A stretch of 63,487 nucleotides of DNA, the filler included, from Thraustochytrium aureum (lineage: Eukaryota), in the NCBI GenBank assembly GCA_012862495.1. It is 4 parts of 2 records of this genome, joined end to end, with 100 filler letters (N's around TTAATTAATTAA, not from the genome) between each part and the next. Parts side by side here need not be neighbours in the genome. Positions count along the whole stretch, not along the records: positions 25,299 to 42,087 come from BLSG01000180.1; positions 42,188 to 54,739 come from BLSG01000180.1; 2 more parts are not named here. The stretch is one strand, 5' to 3'. The notes beneath the pieces were generated by a model that was given only the letters and a program-made list of their open reading frames with translations, was not told the origin of the DNA and did not search any database. Below, piece after piece: positions 32,751-43,643 of this stretch. Position 1 is the stretch's first letter, and each line of letters starts with the position of its first letter. Position numbers and translations under genes: made by a program.

Positions 32751-34895
32751 ATGGCCGGGCTCAGTGAGGATGCGAAGGGAAAGCACGGCTCGGACGGCGG
32801 CGATGTGGGCGAGGCCCCCGACACGCTTGACGACTCGGAGACGGCCCTTGCCCTCCCCACCTGGACTGCCTCGAGCATGCCCGCCGCCGGTGGCATGGCC
32901 TTGCAAAAGGCGCTGCTCAAGCGGAGCCATACGCATGCGCAAATGAACGCGAGGAGGGCGTCGCTGGCGTCCACAAGGGCCGACGCGAAGGCGGCTCAGC
33001 CGTCTAGCCCCGACGAGCTGCTACTGCACGCCGTGGAGATGAACAACCTCAATCTCGTTAGCAAAGCTCTGGAGAGCGGCGCGCGGATAAACGAAGCAAA
33101 GTGCGCAGAAGGGCAAACTGCTCTGCTGAAAGCAATTCTAGCGGACAACTTTATGCTCTTTGACGCCTTGCTCAACCTCGGCGCTGACCCCTGCGTCGAG
33201 GACAAGCGATACCGCAACGCGTTCTACTACGCATGCTTTGGGAGTCACATCGAGGTCGGCGACCACAAAAACTACGTGACCCGCCTACTCGCCGTCGACA
33301 TGCACAACGGAGTCGCATTGTCTGCTAAACGCGTCCTCACGGCGTGCTATGCGAGCAACACGTCCGGTGTCACCGCACTCGTGCTGGACCTTCTAGGCTT
33401 CAAGGTTCTCTCGAAGGATTCGAACGGGCGCGCCAAGCTAAAGTTTCTGGGGCTCGATCTGCTCGATTCCCCAAGTACACAGATGCGTTGGCCCGACGGC
33501 TCGTTCACCGACTTGGGAACGACGGCAATACACGTTCTCGTCCAAAAGGGGAAGGGCGAGCTGCTCATGCACCCCGTTTGTCTTGGGCTCATGCACTGGA
33601 AGTGGGCCCGCTTTGGCTCGCGGTTCTTCCATGCTGAAATGTACTTGTTCTTTACGCAGATCGCTGCCGTGACTGTCGTGTGCTTCCTCAGCGCGCACGA
33701 CTCCCTGCTGCAGCAGAACGGCACGGGGGACGTCAACGACTACGTGATGTCTGACCCTGTCTGCGTGATTCGCCTTGTCGTCGAGTTTGTCGCGGTTCTG
33801 CTCGCCATTTGCGGGCTCTTGGTCTTATTCAACCAGTCGGGGAGGGTGGGTATCTCGCTTGTGAAACGAGTCCGCGAGACGCAGGTACGCGAGCCGCTTT
33901 CTGCGATAGCCGTGCCGATCCTTGCGCAGGTGCTAATCATCTCCCTTGCCATCGCTCGGGCAGCTCGCGTGTCTGCCGATGTGCAAATCGTGGCGCTGTC
34001 CGTGGCCTCCTTCCTGCAGTGGGAGCGTTTCCTGTTCTTCATGAGCCTTCGGCCGCGAGTCGGGCCTTTCTTCATCATGCTGGTGGAGATGTTCAAGCGC
34101 GATGTCGCCCCGTTCGCGATGATTCTTGCCGCCCTGCTAATTTCGTTTGCCGCCTCGGTTTCCGTCCTCGTCTCGAACCGCTTGGAGGACGACATGGCGT
34201 CGGTCATGTACCGCTCTTTTCCAAGCGCTGCAATAGAGATGCTCTTTGGGCTCGTCGGAGTTGGCGCGTTCACGTCGGTGCGTGCAGAGTGGGACTACGC
34301 GGGCCACCCCGACTACCTCATCACTGGCTTTTTTCTCATCTATACGGTGGCCGGCCCTATACTTGCCATCAACCTTCTCGTTGCAATGATGGCCAACACG
34401 TACTCGGAGATCAACCAGAACAGCGCTGCCGAGTGGGCGCTCCGCCGCTTCCGCTATCTTAGTGCGCGGGAAGCCTTCGTGCAGGAGCCTCACTTCGGGT
34501 ACATTTTGCGCGCTGGTGGAGCTAGCGGGGCGTCGCAGCAGCAGCCGCAACAGCCGTTCTCGGGGGCAAGGTACAAGGTCGCGCCGAGCTCTCCTTTGGG
34601 CCGCATTGCTTCTGCGATTCGAGAGGCGCGCGCGAAACTGCCGGAAGCGGACCGCTTTGTTCGGTGCGAGGACACCTGTTCGGGGGGGTTTGAGCTGGAG
34701 GCCGACTACGATGCTGTTGTCAAGCCGTACAAGGACCAAGCCGAAACCAAACAGCTCGGCGAGATGCGCGAGATGCTCATTTCAGCTCTCGTGCAGCTTC
34801 ACGATTTGCAAGCCGCTGTGGATCGTCAGAGCAATGGCAATGCAGATCAAGAGCGAACTAGCGAGAGATTCGGACGAATGGCACAACGCACTTGA
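32751..34895 (+). CDS. Ankyrin-repeat TRP-family cation channel (TRPV/TRPA-like)
   Basis: Ankyrin repeats (LLHAVEMNNLNLVSKALESGA, GQTALLKAI), LMHWKW before about 6 TM helices, S4-S5 linker VGPFFIMLVEMFKRD, S6 INLLVAMMANTY and TRP-box-like EWALRR. Confidence 0.88.
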   Translation: MAGLSEDAKGKHGSDGGDVGEAPDTLDDSETALALPTWTASSMPAAGGMALQKALLKRSHTHAQMNARRASLASTRADAKAAQPSSPDELLLHAVEMNNLNLVSKALESGARINEAKCAEGQTALLKAILADNFMLFDALLNLGADPCVEDKRYRNAFYYACFGSHIEVGDHKNYVTRLLAVDMHNGVALSAKRVLTACYASNTSGVTALVLDLLGFKVLSKDSNGRAKLKFLGLDLLDSPSTQMRWPDGSFTDLGTTAIHVLVQKGKGELLMHPVCLGLMHWKWARFGSRFFHAEMYLFFTQIAAVTVVCFLSAHDSLLQQNGTGDVNDYVMSDPVCVIRLVVEFVAVLLAICGLLVLFNQSGRVGISLVKRVRETQVREPLSAIAVPILAQVLIISLAIARAARVSADVQIVALSVASFLQWERFLFFMSLRPRVGPFFIMLVEMFKRDVAPFAMILAALLISFAASVSVLVSNRLEDDMASVMYRSFPSAAIEMLFGLVGVGAFTSVRAEWDYAGHPDYLITGFFLIYTVAGPILAINLLVAMMANTYSEINQNSAAEWALRRFRYLSAREAFVQEPHFGYILRAGGASGASQQQPQQPFSGARYKVAPSSPLGRIASAIREARAKLPEADRFVRCEDTCSGGFELEADYDAVVKPYKDQAETKQLGEMREMLISALVQLHDLQAAVDRQSNGNADQERTSERFGRMAQRT

Positions 34896-35317
34896 CAACT
34901 TCCAACGCGCTTGAACTCCAAGATGGTTGATTCTCCATGGTGTTTCTGGGCCAACTACGAAAGAGTGCTGCCCCCTTTGGCCACCAGAGACGGGGCATCT
35001 CTGCGCGCGCGCGACGATTTCAACGGTTCTGCATAGGAGCGCCTGAATCCGAGCGACTAGCACTGAAGGCAGTCCGCTTCCACGACCAGAAGCATCTACC
35101 ATTCGAAGTTTCCTTTGAGCCAGCGCGCCAGCTCCTGCAGCGCCGATTTTCGTCATCCCAACATCTGTGGTTCGCGTTCAATGATGACGACGATGGTCAA
35201 GCGCGACTTGGTCAGCCTGCGGCCGCGCGAGCAGGCGCTGTCTGCCTGCATGCTTGCACGCGGCAGGCAGAAGCGCGTTTGCAGCAAGCCAGAAACTCGC
35301 TCGATCGACGTCTCCCG

Positions 35318-35484
35318 GTGCTCGATCACATCGAAGGGCGCCTCATCTTTCGCGCCGCATCACTCCATCTCGCCTGTCTGTGGAGGCCCCGCAGGCCTGT
35401 TGCGCAGGTGCTCGACCACATCGACCGCCTCCGCATCACTCCATCTCGCCTGTCCGTGGAGGTCCCGCAGGCCTGTTGCGCAGG
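35318..35484. repeat. Imperfect tandem duplication (about 90 and 77 bp units)
   Basis: GTGCTCGAYCACATCGA...CCGCATCACTCCATCTCGCCTGTCYGTGGAGGYCCCGCAGGCCTGTTGCGCAGG occurs twice. Confidence 0.85.
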
Positions 35485-35850
35485 CAACGCAGTACCCTCC
35501 ACCGCGGGGCCTTGCCGAAGCGGGCCTCAATGAGTCCTCGGGCGAGGCTCCAGGCCCAGGCGCTCGCTCTCCGCACTTGGTTCGAGCTCTGGTCTCGCGC
35601 GCGACAAAAAACGGAATCCGGAACGCGCTGGGTTAGGTTCGCAGGCTGGGTTAGGTTTCGTGAGGCCGAGACGGAGGAGAGCAGAGCTTCGACGGACGCG
35701 ACGGACGACAGGCAGTCGAGCAATTGACGCAGGCAGACGCGCGAGGAGCTCCTGAGCAAGAGACGCGGAGACGCACTGCGAGCGCTCGGTTGATTGACGC
35801 ACGGTGTCCGAGACGCGAGGGACGCAAGGCAGGATTGTTGCGGCGTAGGG

Positions 35851-36852
35851 ATGTTTGCGGTCAGCAGTGTTGCGAGGGTGGCGGCCCGCCGCGGCCTCGT
35901 GTCGCAGAGGTTTGCGAGCACGCTGGTTGTCGCGGAGCACGCGGACGGCAAGCTCGGGGAGCAGACGCTCAGCGCGATCACCGCTGCGACTGCGATCGGT
36001 GGGGAGATTTCGGTGCTCGTCGCGGGGTCCGATGCCGCCAAGGTGGCCGAGCAGGTGAGCAAGGTCGCCGGCGTCTCCAAGGTTCTCTCCGCGCCGGACG
36101 CTGCCTATGACCATGCGCTCGCTGAGAACATGACCGGGCTCATCGCTCAGGTGCAGGGCGCAAAGACCTTTTCGCACATCCTGATGCCCTCGACCAACGT
36201 GAGCAAGAACATCTGCCCTCGCCTTGCCGCCAAGCTCGACGTCTCGCCGCTCAGCGACATCCTCAGCGTGGTGAGCGAGGACACGTTCAAGCGTGCCATG
36301 TACGCCGGCAACGTGATTGCTACCGTGCAGAGCACCGACTCGGTCAAGCTCGCCACCGTGCGGACCACGGCGTTCGACAAGGCCGCTGCCGAGGGCGGCT
36401 CTGCCTCCATCGAGGAGGTCTCCGGCCCGGGCGAGCTCGGCCTCGCGACGTGGCTGTCGGACGAGGTGGCCAAGTCGGACCGGCCCGACCTGACCGCCGC
36501 CGACAAGGTCGTTGCCGGGGGCCGCGGGCTCAAGAACGGCGACAACTTTGAGATGCTGTACCGCCTCGCCGACAAGCTCGGGAACGGCGCCGTCGGCGCT
36601 TCGCGGGCCGCGGTCGACGCAGGCTACGTTGCCAACGAGCTGCAGATCGGCCAGACGGGCAAGGTCGTCGCTCCCGCCCTGTACATTGCCGTGGGCATTT
36701 CGGGGGCCATCCAGCACTTGGCTGGCATGAAAGACTCGAAGACAATTGTGTCGATCAACAAGGACCCGGAGGCCCCGATCGCGGCAGTGTCCGACATTTT
36801 CCTTGAGGCCGACTTGTTCAAAGCCGTGCCGGAGATGATTGAGAAGCTCTAA
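35851..36852 (+). CDS. ETFA: Electron transfer flavoprotein alpha subunit, mitochondrial
   Basis: Presequence [69 protein letters not shown]. Confidence 0.97.
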   Translation: MFAVSSVARVAARRGLVSQRFASTLVVAEHADGKLGEQTLSAITAATAIGGEISVLVAGSDAAKVAEQVSKVAGVSKVLSAPDAAYDHALAENMTGLIAQVQGAKTFSHILMPSTNVSKNICPRLAAKLDVSPLSDILSVVSEDTFKRAMYAGNVIATVQSTDSVKLATVRTTAFDKAAAEGGSASIEEVSGPGELGLATWLSDEVAKSDRPDLTAADKVVAGGRGLKNGDNFEMLYRLADKLGNGAVGASRAAVDAGYVANELQIGQTGKVVAPALYIAVGISGAIQHLAGMKDSKTIVSINKDPEAPIAAVSDIFLEADLFKAVPEMIEKL

Positions 36853-36968
36853 GAAGGCCTTTTGCGCATACACAGCATGTGGCCTTTTGGAGCGGAATTT
36901 AGAGACAACACACAATTTTAGCCAACCCTGGCGGCTCTTCTCTTTGCTGTTGCCCTGCATAGGTGCGC

Positions 36969-37930
36969 CTATGAATCTGCTTGCCGAGCACCACTTCGGA
37001 TCGGCGACACCTCGACGACGCGGCGCGCAACTACCTCGACGGAGCTCGCCTCCGGCTCGCTGCCGTCCGGTTCCGCGGCTCCGGGCCCGCCGCCCCACAG
37101 GGCCATCATGGCGTCTTCAAGCAGGCCTTTGTCAACCTCTCCGGCGCGCCCGCGGGCTGCGTCGTTGCTCGTTCCTCGATGGCGCGGATCTCCAGTTGGG
37201 CGCGGCGGACGCTCGCCTCGGCAGACTCGCCGCCTTGGGTCTCCTCGCTGTGGACCGACTCGACGAAGCCGACAAGAATTACACGCTGCCCGCTCGTCAC
37301 GGCCGCCCCACCGTGCAACACCTTGCCGTCGTGCACAACCGCGTCGCCCTCGTTGATATTGAGGACGCCTAGCTCAGGGAACACGGTCCCCCCACCGCTA
37401 AAGTTGCCCCGGCTCGTAAGCAGAATGTTGAACGAGAACAGCGACCCGTCGTGGTGGAGAGCAAGCTCGCGCTGCCCGTCAGGCGCGTCAGCGTCGTACA
37501 GCACAAAGAAGAGGTCCTTGAAGTAAAGGTCCGCCGCGTCAAGCCCAGTCCACTCGGCGACGGCGCCGAGGACGCGAGCGCGGACTGTGCGCGTCACCCA
37601 TGCGAGCGCGCGCGCCGAGAGCTCGTATGCGGCAAGGTCGCGCGTTGGGAACGCGGCATGTCGCGCAGCATGCCATCCGCCTTGCCGCCTCGCAACGGCC
37701 CGGCGGGAGGCTTCGAGCACGTGCTCGGCCTCCGGCTTTGTAAAAACATTCCGTAGCACCGTCACGGTCTCGCGCTTGGCAACGTCGGCCAGGTACGCTC
37801 TGCGACGCTCGTTGGGCGACTTGCCCCTTACGCTGTCGATGCGCATGCACGCCAGCTCGTCTGGGCCCATCGCGAGAGGGTCCGAGCGGCGCACAACGGC
37901 CCCAACGTCGCTGCGCGGGCAGCCAGCCAC
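36969..37930 (-). CDS. 2OG-Fe(II) oxygenase (PLOD/P4Hc-like); N-terminus uncertain; probable frameshift near 37140
   Basis: FPTRDL, DLFFVLY, LALHHDGSLFSFNILL (HxD), GGGTVF, LHGGAAVTSGQRVILVGFV (His, Arg). An alternative frame continues EVDKGLLEDAMMALW... to a stop at 36969. Confidence 0.82.
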
Positions 37931-39158
37931 CTCTGCTGACCAAGCAAGCCCTGGCGCCAGCTTTTAGCCGAGGAGCAAGCCGGGCAAGCCGGGTGGAAAG
38001 CCTGGTGGGCCTTGGGCCTGAGGCAGAACGAGCCCGAGACCACAGCGGGCCCGAGCCAAGCCGATTCCACGATCGAGCGACCGCTGGCACACGTTCTGCA
38101 GCTCGTGCGACTCGGTTGCTCGCGCGTGCGGTGTGGGCTGTCTCAGAGCTTTGACGCACGACGAGCTCCAAACCAAAACATCAATGTGCTCATCGCTCGC
38201 CACATTCCCCATACGAGCGGCAGCTCAGCAAAGAAAATACTGTGGAGGTGGAACGGGTTCCTATGAGACTCCATGAGTGGGAACAGTGAAAAAGTGGAAG
38301 AGGAACGCAGGGTGTGCCTTTTTTCCGACTCGCGACCACTCCGAGCGCGCCGCGGGCAGGCCATCGCGGGCAGGCCGTCGCCGGGCTGGCAGGCGCTGGG
38401 GAGCCCACGCGGATGCGATACTCTAGCTAGCTTCGTTGCTCAATTGCAAGTCCAAGAAAGCGTGCTTGGTTGTCGGGCCTGTTGCGAGGACTGCGAATTG
38501 TTGCGCGATGTCGGGGAGTAGACGGACATCATGAGGCCACGGCGCTAGCGCTTCTTTTCGCGCTGCCTGCCTCGCCCGCGCTTGGCCGATCAGCTCTCCC
38601 GAGCGCCTTTCGTTGCACGGCATTTTGCTGGCCTGGTGCAGGATGAACGGAGCGCAAGCGCCACTGGAAGTGGAAGGATCCGTTTCATGGAGGCGTTGAC
38701 TCGGGTATGCTCCATGCGTGGTGATGCGCAAGGAGGCGATGCGGAAGCAGAGGCCGCACCTGGATGTGTTGCTTGCTTGTGATGAATTCCTTGGCCGGCT
38801 AGTCTTTGTGGTTTGGTCTGGTCGATGCCGGGGCGCGACCTGTGGACGACACCAGCCTTGCGGATTCCACCGGATTTCTTTTTTGTATTCGAAATGCTTG
38901 TCTCCGTTGGATGGCAAGTGGAAAACCCTTGCGTTGACGCAGCGGCGGGCCAGACCACAGCGAGCNNNNNNNNNNNNNNNNNNNNNNNNNNNNNNNNNNN
39001 NNNNNNNNNNNNNNNNNNNNNNNNNNNNNNNNNNNNNNNNNNNNNNNNNNNNNNNNNNNNNNNNNNNNNNNNNNNNNNNNNNNNNNNNNNNNNNNNNNNN
39101 NNNNNNNNNNNNNNNNNNNNNNNNNNNNNNNNNNNNNNNNNNNNNNNNNNNNNNNNNN

Positions 39159-39800
39159 GGCAGGCACCTCTGTGCGCATTTTCGTCGACGTCGCTTTGGA
39201 GCAACCGCGAGGACTCGGGACGCTGGCCGAAGCGTGAAGAAGGCGCAAATGCTTCGAGCGGCGGCAAGGATGAGCGCGAAGAGATCGACCGTGACGCCAT
39301 CGAGGGGATCACCCAAGGCGTAAAGGAGCGGCTCGCGGTCACGGGCCCCGTAGCGCGTTCAGGTATCCGCGCAAGCACGGCAGCGAGCAACGCCGCAGCG
39401 AGCAGCACCGGGCGCGTGCTAAGTCACTCTGGCTCTGCCCGCAACTTTACGTTTGACTACCTCAAGCGCCGCGAAATCGACCGCGCCAACCAGCTTCTGC
39501 TGCGAAACCTCGCATCGATCAACAGCCGCAAACGCGCCGAAGGCGGCGGGAAAAACGTGCCAGGGCCTGCCAAGGCTGTGGGGCGCCCGACAAAACCTGG
39601 CTCGTCGCGCGTCAACAAGTTGCAGCAGCACGAGATTGCTCGACAGAACGAGGCTTTCGCCAAGAGGCTCGCTTCGGTGCGCGGCACCGTGCCAGGGTCG
39701 CAAAACCTCGGCGCCGCCCAGGACTGCGAGCGAGCTCTGCAAATCAGACGGCGCCGCATTCTCGCTAGTTCAGCCAACATCAATCAGTTGCGCAGGCGCG
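39159..39800 (+). CDS. CFAP97/KIAA1430-domain (cilia-associated) protein, partial; boundaries approximate
   Basis: RNFTFDYLKRREIDRANQLLLRNLASI and SSRVNKLQQHEIARQNEAFAKRLASVRGT resemble the CFAP97 motifs NYSF..E.RQIDRENQ.LL and RIERENL.LLKRL..VKPT. Confidence 0.65.
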
Positions 39801-40597
39801 CCTTTTCTGTTGGGGGCGGTCGGCTGTCGTGGCTTTTGCCAGCCACGATGGGCACAACGCAAAAATTAAAAAAAACTTTTCTTTTCTTTGCGCTCATTCA
39901 TGATCCATCCATCTGGGAATGCTACCATCTGGGAATGCTGCGTCGTGGGCAGAAAAGAAAAGGCACCTGCAGCAAGTGCAACCGCACGGTCGTCACTGGC
40001 AAGCACGAAAGCCTTTACACCGGATTGAAACCAAACTTGGACGCCAGCATCCGCCTTTGTACGCACACGGCTCTCCCCTCGTGAACTCTCGACGTCCCAG
40101 TGCTTCTTCAAGGCCATGTTCCATTGAGACGACCGTAACCTTCTCGCGCCCTTGGCGGCACGAACCGCACTGGAACCGCGCTGGCGCTGCTCTGTTCCAT
40201 TTCGCTAGTTCCCTTCGGGCGAGGCCCCGAGGGCGCCAGGAGCCCACGGCCAACGTCAACCACTGGCTGGTGCTTGAGGGGCTCCTGTCTCCAACAGCGG
40301 GTTTACGGACGCGGTTCGCACGCGGAGCTTCGCGAAGCTGAACCTACCGGAGTATCGTTCCAGCTCATGTTGCATCTGCTCCGCTTGTCCTTGCTCGCCG
40401 TTCTTGCGCGCGCGCTGTAACGATGCAGTGCAAGCCACTGGAGCCGACTGCGTCAGGAGGCCAAGCCCGAGCCCAATTGCAATTGCTTGGCCGGGATTTC
40501 CTGCGGGCGCAAAGAACGGGCGGCTGCGGGCGCAAAGAACGGGCGGGGCAAGAGCCCCCCATTCGCCTCGCCTGGGCAACAACCCCCGAGAAAGTGA

Positions 40598-41941
40598 CTA
40601 GGTTTCGACCGTGCGGGCTGACCTCGTCTCGACCTCGGCAGCGCGGGCTTGCGCATAAAACTCTGCCCAGCCCGGCGGCGGTGCCAGCTTGCCGCCCAAA
40701 ATGGCACGGTCTTTGAAGTATACTCGCACCAAGGTGAGCCCCTCGGCGTCCGCAGGCTTAAAGTGCAGTTGCTCTTGAACGATCTCCTCCTCGCGCGGCG
40801 GGTCGAAGCAAGTGCCGAGCAGCGCCTCCACGGCGCGGCGGCCGAGGCCGACTTGGATCAACGCCGTCATCATGCACCGCACTTGGTACATGAGAAAACC
40901 AGGGCCCTCGACGAGGAAATGCACGTAGTCGCCTCCATCGTCGCACGCGGTGTCAAACGTTGGAGCGCGAGCCCCAAGACTGCGCGTTCGCAGCACGCGA
41001 GCACGAAAAAGCGTCCGCATAAAGTTGGAGCGACCGGACCTGGACGCGGACCGCGTGAACAAGCGAAAGTTGAGGTTCCGGCCGGCCATCGCCTGGGCAG
41101 CGGCATCCATCGCACGCACGTCCAGGCGCTCCAGAGACTCTGGTCGGTGCTTGCGCTGCGCGGCGTTGAAGAGCGTGGCGGACGCGCGGTCCGTGCCGAC
41201 ATCACCAAGCCCGTCAAAAATTGTGTAGCAGTACCGCTTGCCGCAGGACATGCGCGCAGCGTCAAAGTGGGTACCAGCTGGAACGGTCTCGAGACCGCTC
41301 ACGACTACCTTGCTCCCGTACGAGGCTTGCGCGAGCGCGGCGTTCATGTTGGTTGCGAGCCCCTCCAAGTCCTTGGGCAAGGCGTCGTCCAGATCGACGT
41401 GAAACACCTGCTCTTCCGCGCTGACTTGCGTGTCGGTTCGGCTTGCGCCCGTCACGACGAAGACGGGCCCGTGTCCGCGGTCCGGCCCAACAACCGCGAG
41501 CGCCCCGTCGCGCTCCTCGGCAAACCGGCCCACCATTGAATACTCCGGACGAAGCTTGCCAAGCGCCTTTGCGAGAGACTCCTCGAGCGCCGTCTGCACC
41601 GTCGGGAGCCTCCACGCCGTGGACTCTTGCCGCTGAAACCCATGAAACCGCGACCCGTCATACGCGACTAGGCCCCGCACCCTGGCCCCTCTAGTCGATC
41701 TCGCGTCGCTCTCTTGCGGTGGCGTATCGACCGCAACGCAACGCCCCATCACGCGCCGCCTCTTGGCGCGGTCTGCCTCGTCCAGCGCCCGCGTCTGCAG
41801 GCGGTCGAGGCCGTCTCGAGGCGCCGCACATTGAGCGTCGCGACGGCCATTTTCGGCGGCGGTACGCGAAGCTCCAGCTCTGTTCTGTTCGCGGATCCGC
41901 GGCGGATGAACGAGCCGGCACACCGCGCAGGCCTTGTGCAT
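40598..41941 (-). CDS. tRNA pseudouridine synthase, TruA/Pus1 family; start uncertain
   Basis: VAYDGSRFHGFQRQ, TVQTALE, GASRTD (catalytic Asp), KRYCY, GFLMYQVRCM, GLTLVRVYF. Confidence 0.9.
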   Translation of the reverse strand: MHKACAVCRLVHPPRIREQNRAGASRTAAENGRRDAQCAAPRDGLDRLQTRALDEADRAKRRRVMGRCVAVDTPPQESDARSTRGARVRGLVAYDGSRFHGFQRQESTAWRLPTVQTALEESLAKALGKLRPEYSMVGRFAEERDGALAVVGPDRGHGPVFVVTGASRTDTQVSAEEQVFHVDLDDALPKDLEGLATNMNAALAQASYGSKVVVSGLETVPAGTHFDAARMSCGKRYCYTIFDGLGDVGTDRASATLFNAAQRKHRPESLERLDVRAMDAAAQAMAGRNLNFRLFTRSASRSGRSNFMRTLFRARVLRTRSLGARAPTFDTACDDGGDYVHFLVEGPGFLMYQVRCMMTALIQVGLGRRAVEALLGTCFDPPREEEIVQEQLHFKPADAEGLTLVRVYFKDRAILGGKLAPPPGWAEFYAQARAAEVETRSARTVET

Positions 41942-42087
41942 TGCAGGCCCTCCAGCGCCTGGGCCCAAACGCGCTCTGGAGGGATTGGATGTCGTCGCTT
42001 CAACGATTGACACCGATCAGGACATTCAGGAATGGGTCCTTGAGCTCGGCGAGAAGGCGGTTTGTCGTCCTGAGGGTGGTCGTGCGC

Positions 42088-42187
42088 NNNNNNNNNNNNN
42101 NNNNNNNNNNNNNNNNNNNNNNNNNNNNNNNTTAATTAATTAANNNNNNNNNNNNNNNNNNNNNNNNNNNNNNNNNNNNNNNNNNNN
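42088..42187. other. Artificial scaffold-joining spacer
   Basis: N44-TTAATTAATTAA-N44. Confidence 0.95.
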
Positions 42188-42448
42188 TGCTCGTACGAGG
42201 GCAAGGGCAGTTTTGAGGGCTCCTTCCGGAACGGCCTCAAGGAAGGCCGTGGAACGTACACCTTTGAGAACGGCGCCGTATACGAAGGCCGCTTTCGCAA
42301 CGACGTGCTTGAGGGCTTTGGCACTCTCAAGATGCGCCGCGAGGCCGCCGTGCGTACCGGCGAGGGCCAGTGGCTCATCCCTGTGGCGGTCAAGTCCGAG
42401 TTGAAGTATGTCCACCGGGCTGCTGGCTTCAACGAGGACGGGCGCTGA
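42188..42448 (+). CDS. MORN-repeat protein, C-terminal fragment (absent from the ORF track)
   Basis: Manual translation: SYEGKGSFEGSFRNGLKEGRGTYTFENGAVYEGRFRNDVLEGFGTLK...GFNEDGR*. Confidence 0.85.
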   Translation, partial: CSYEGKGSFEGSFRNGLKEGRGTYTFENGAVYEGRFRNDVLEGFGTLKMRREAAVRTGEGQWLIPVAVKSELKYVHRAAGFNEDGR

Positions 42449-42812
42449 AGTTTTGGAGCGGGCTCGGACCCGCGCCCGGATGACCTGGGCATTTTCGCGT
42501 GCCAATATGACTGCGTCGACACGCGCCCGCCGCCTCCTCAGACAATGACAAGGTGGCTTCCGCGTTGCCGCCGTTGACAGCGCCTGCAAGATACTCTGCG
42601 ATCTCGTCTCGGATGCGAGGAGCGGAGGAGAGTTGACGCGCGTACATGATTCGAATCAAAAAAAGAAAAACTGCAACTTGAGAATCTGGACTGTTGGTAC
42701 ATACACGTCAGCAAAGCGGCGGCGGCGCGGACGGCTCGGCTGGAAGCCTGCTCAGAGAGCGAAGGGAGGGTCAACGTATGCGCGCAGGCCGGAAGGATTT
42801 CGTCCTTTTTTT

Positions 42813-43643
42813 CTACATACGCGGCTTGGCCAACACCCCTCCGTCGATCACTATGTTGGCCCCGGTCGTGTAAGCGCCCGTGGGGCCTGCAAGAAACAGC
42901 GCGGCGCCAGCGATGTCCTTGGCAGTCCCGGCGCGGCCAAGCGGAATGGTGGAACCCAGGAAGCTCTCCCCCGCCGCACGAATGACCTGGTCGCCCATTT
43001 TCGAGGGAAACAAGCCCGGCGAAATGCAGTTGAAGGTGATGTACTCCCCGGCCAAGTTGCCCGCCAGGGCGCGCGTAAGGTGTAGCACAGCAGCCTTGCT
43101 GGCGCAGTACGCGTACTCCTCGAAAGTTGGCACGCCCAAGCCGTCAATGCTCGCGATGTTGATCACGCGAGCCGGGTCGCTCGGCGCCGCCGCTGCCTTG
43201 AGCATGGGACCAAACGCCTGGGTGACGGCGAATAGGCCCGACACGTTGACGTCCATCAGCTTGTCGAACGAGGCCAGCGGTGTGGTCGCAAACGGGGCCG
43301 CCCACACGGCGCCGCTGTTGTTCACCAGGCAGTGCAGGCGACCGCCGAACGCGGCGCCAACCTCGTCAACCACGCGCTTGATCGCCTCCCTGTCCGCAAC
43401 GTCGCACGCGAGGCTCTTGCAAGACCCGGGCCCTCGCGCGTTCAGTTTCGCGGCGGCGGCTTCGTCAGGCTTGCGGCTGAAGATAAACACGTTGCACCCT
43501 GCCTGCACAAACGCGCTCGCCAGCATGTAGCCAATGCCCTTGGAGCCCCCAGTCACCACCACATTCTTCCCGCTCATCCCAAACAAGCTCTGGAGCGACA
43601 AGTCCCCGTCGCCCTCCACGACACCCGACGGGTTGCCCGCCAT
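42813..43643 (-). CDS. Short-chain dehydrogenase/reductase (classical SDR); possible PTS1 variant -PRM
   Basis: TGGSKGIG, LVNNSG, INIAS, YCASK, GANIVIDGG. Confidence 0.93.
   Translation of the reverse strand: MAGNPSGVVEGDGDLSLQSLFGMSGKNVVVTGGSKGIGYMLASAFVQAGCNVFIFSRKPDEAAAAKLNARGPGSCKSLACDVADREAIKRVVDEVGAAFGGRLHCLVNNSGAVWAAPFATTPLASFDKLMDVNVSGLFAVTQAFGPMLKAAAAPSDPARVINIASIDGLGVPTFEEYAYCASKAAVLHLTRALAGNLAGEYITFNCISPGLFPSKMGDQVIRAAGESFLGSTIPLGRAGTAKDIAGAALFLAGPTGAYTTGANIVIDGGVLAKPRM

Noticed and set aside
35627..35660. GGGTTAGG twice as a telomeric repeat
   Set aside because: Two isolated copies inside a 13-bp direct repeat, not a tandem telomeric array.
35527..37098. 523-aa minus-strand ORF, and similar antisense ORFs such as 18255-19796 and 58377-60422
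   Set aside because: Antisense shadows of real GC3-rich genes (ETFA, tetraspanin) with no protein-like features.
39866..40582. Possible small gene between the CFAP97-like and TruA genes
   Set aside because: Only short ORFs with no motifs, and I could not build a consistent spliced model.
23080..41941. RNA-modification gene cluster (FTO, 2OG oxygenase, TruA)
   Set aside because: FTO is on a different scaffold from the other two, and unrelated genes intervene.
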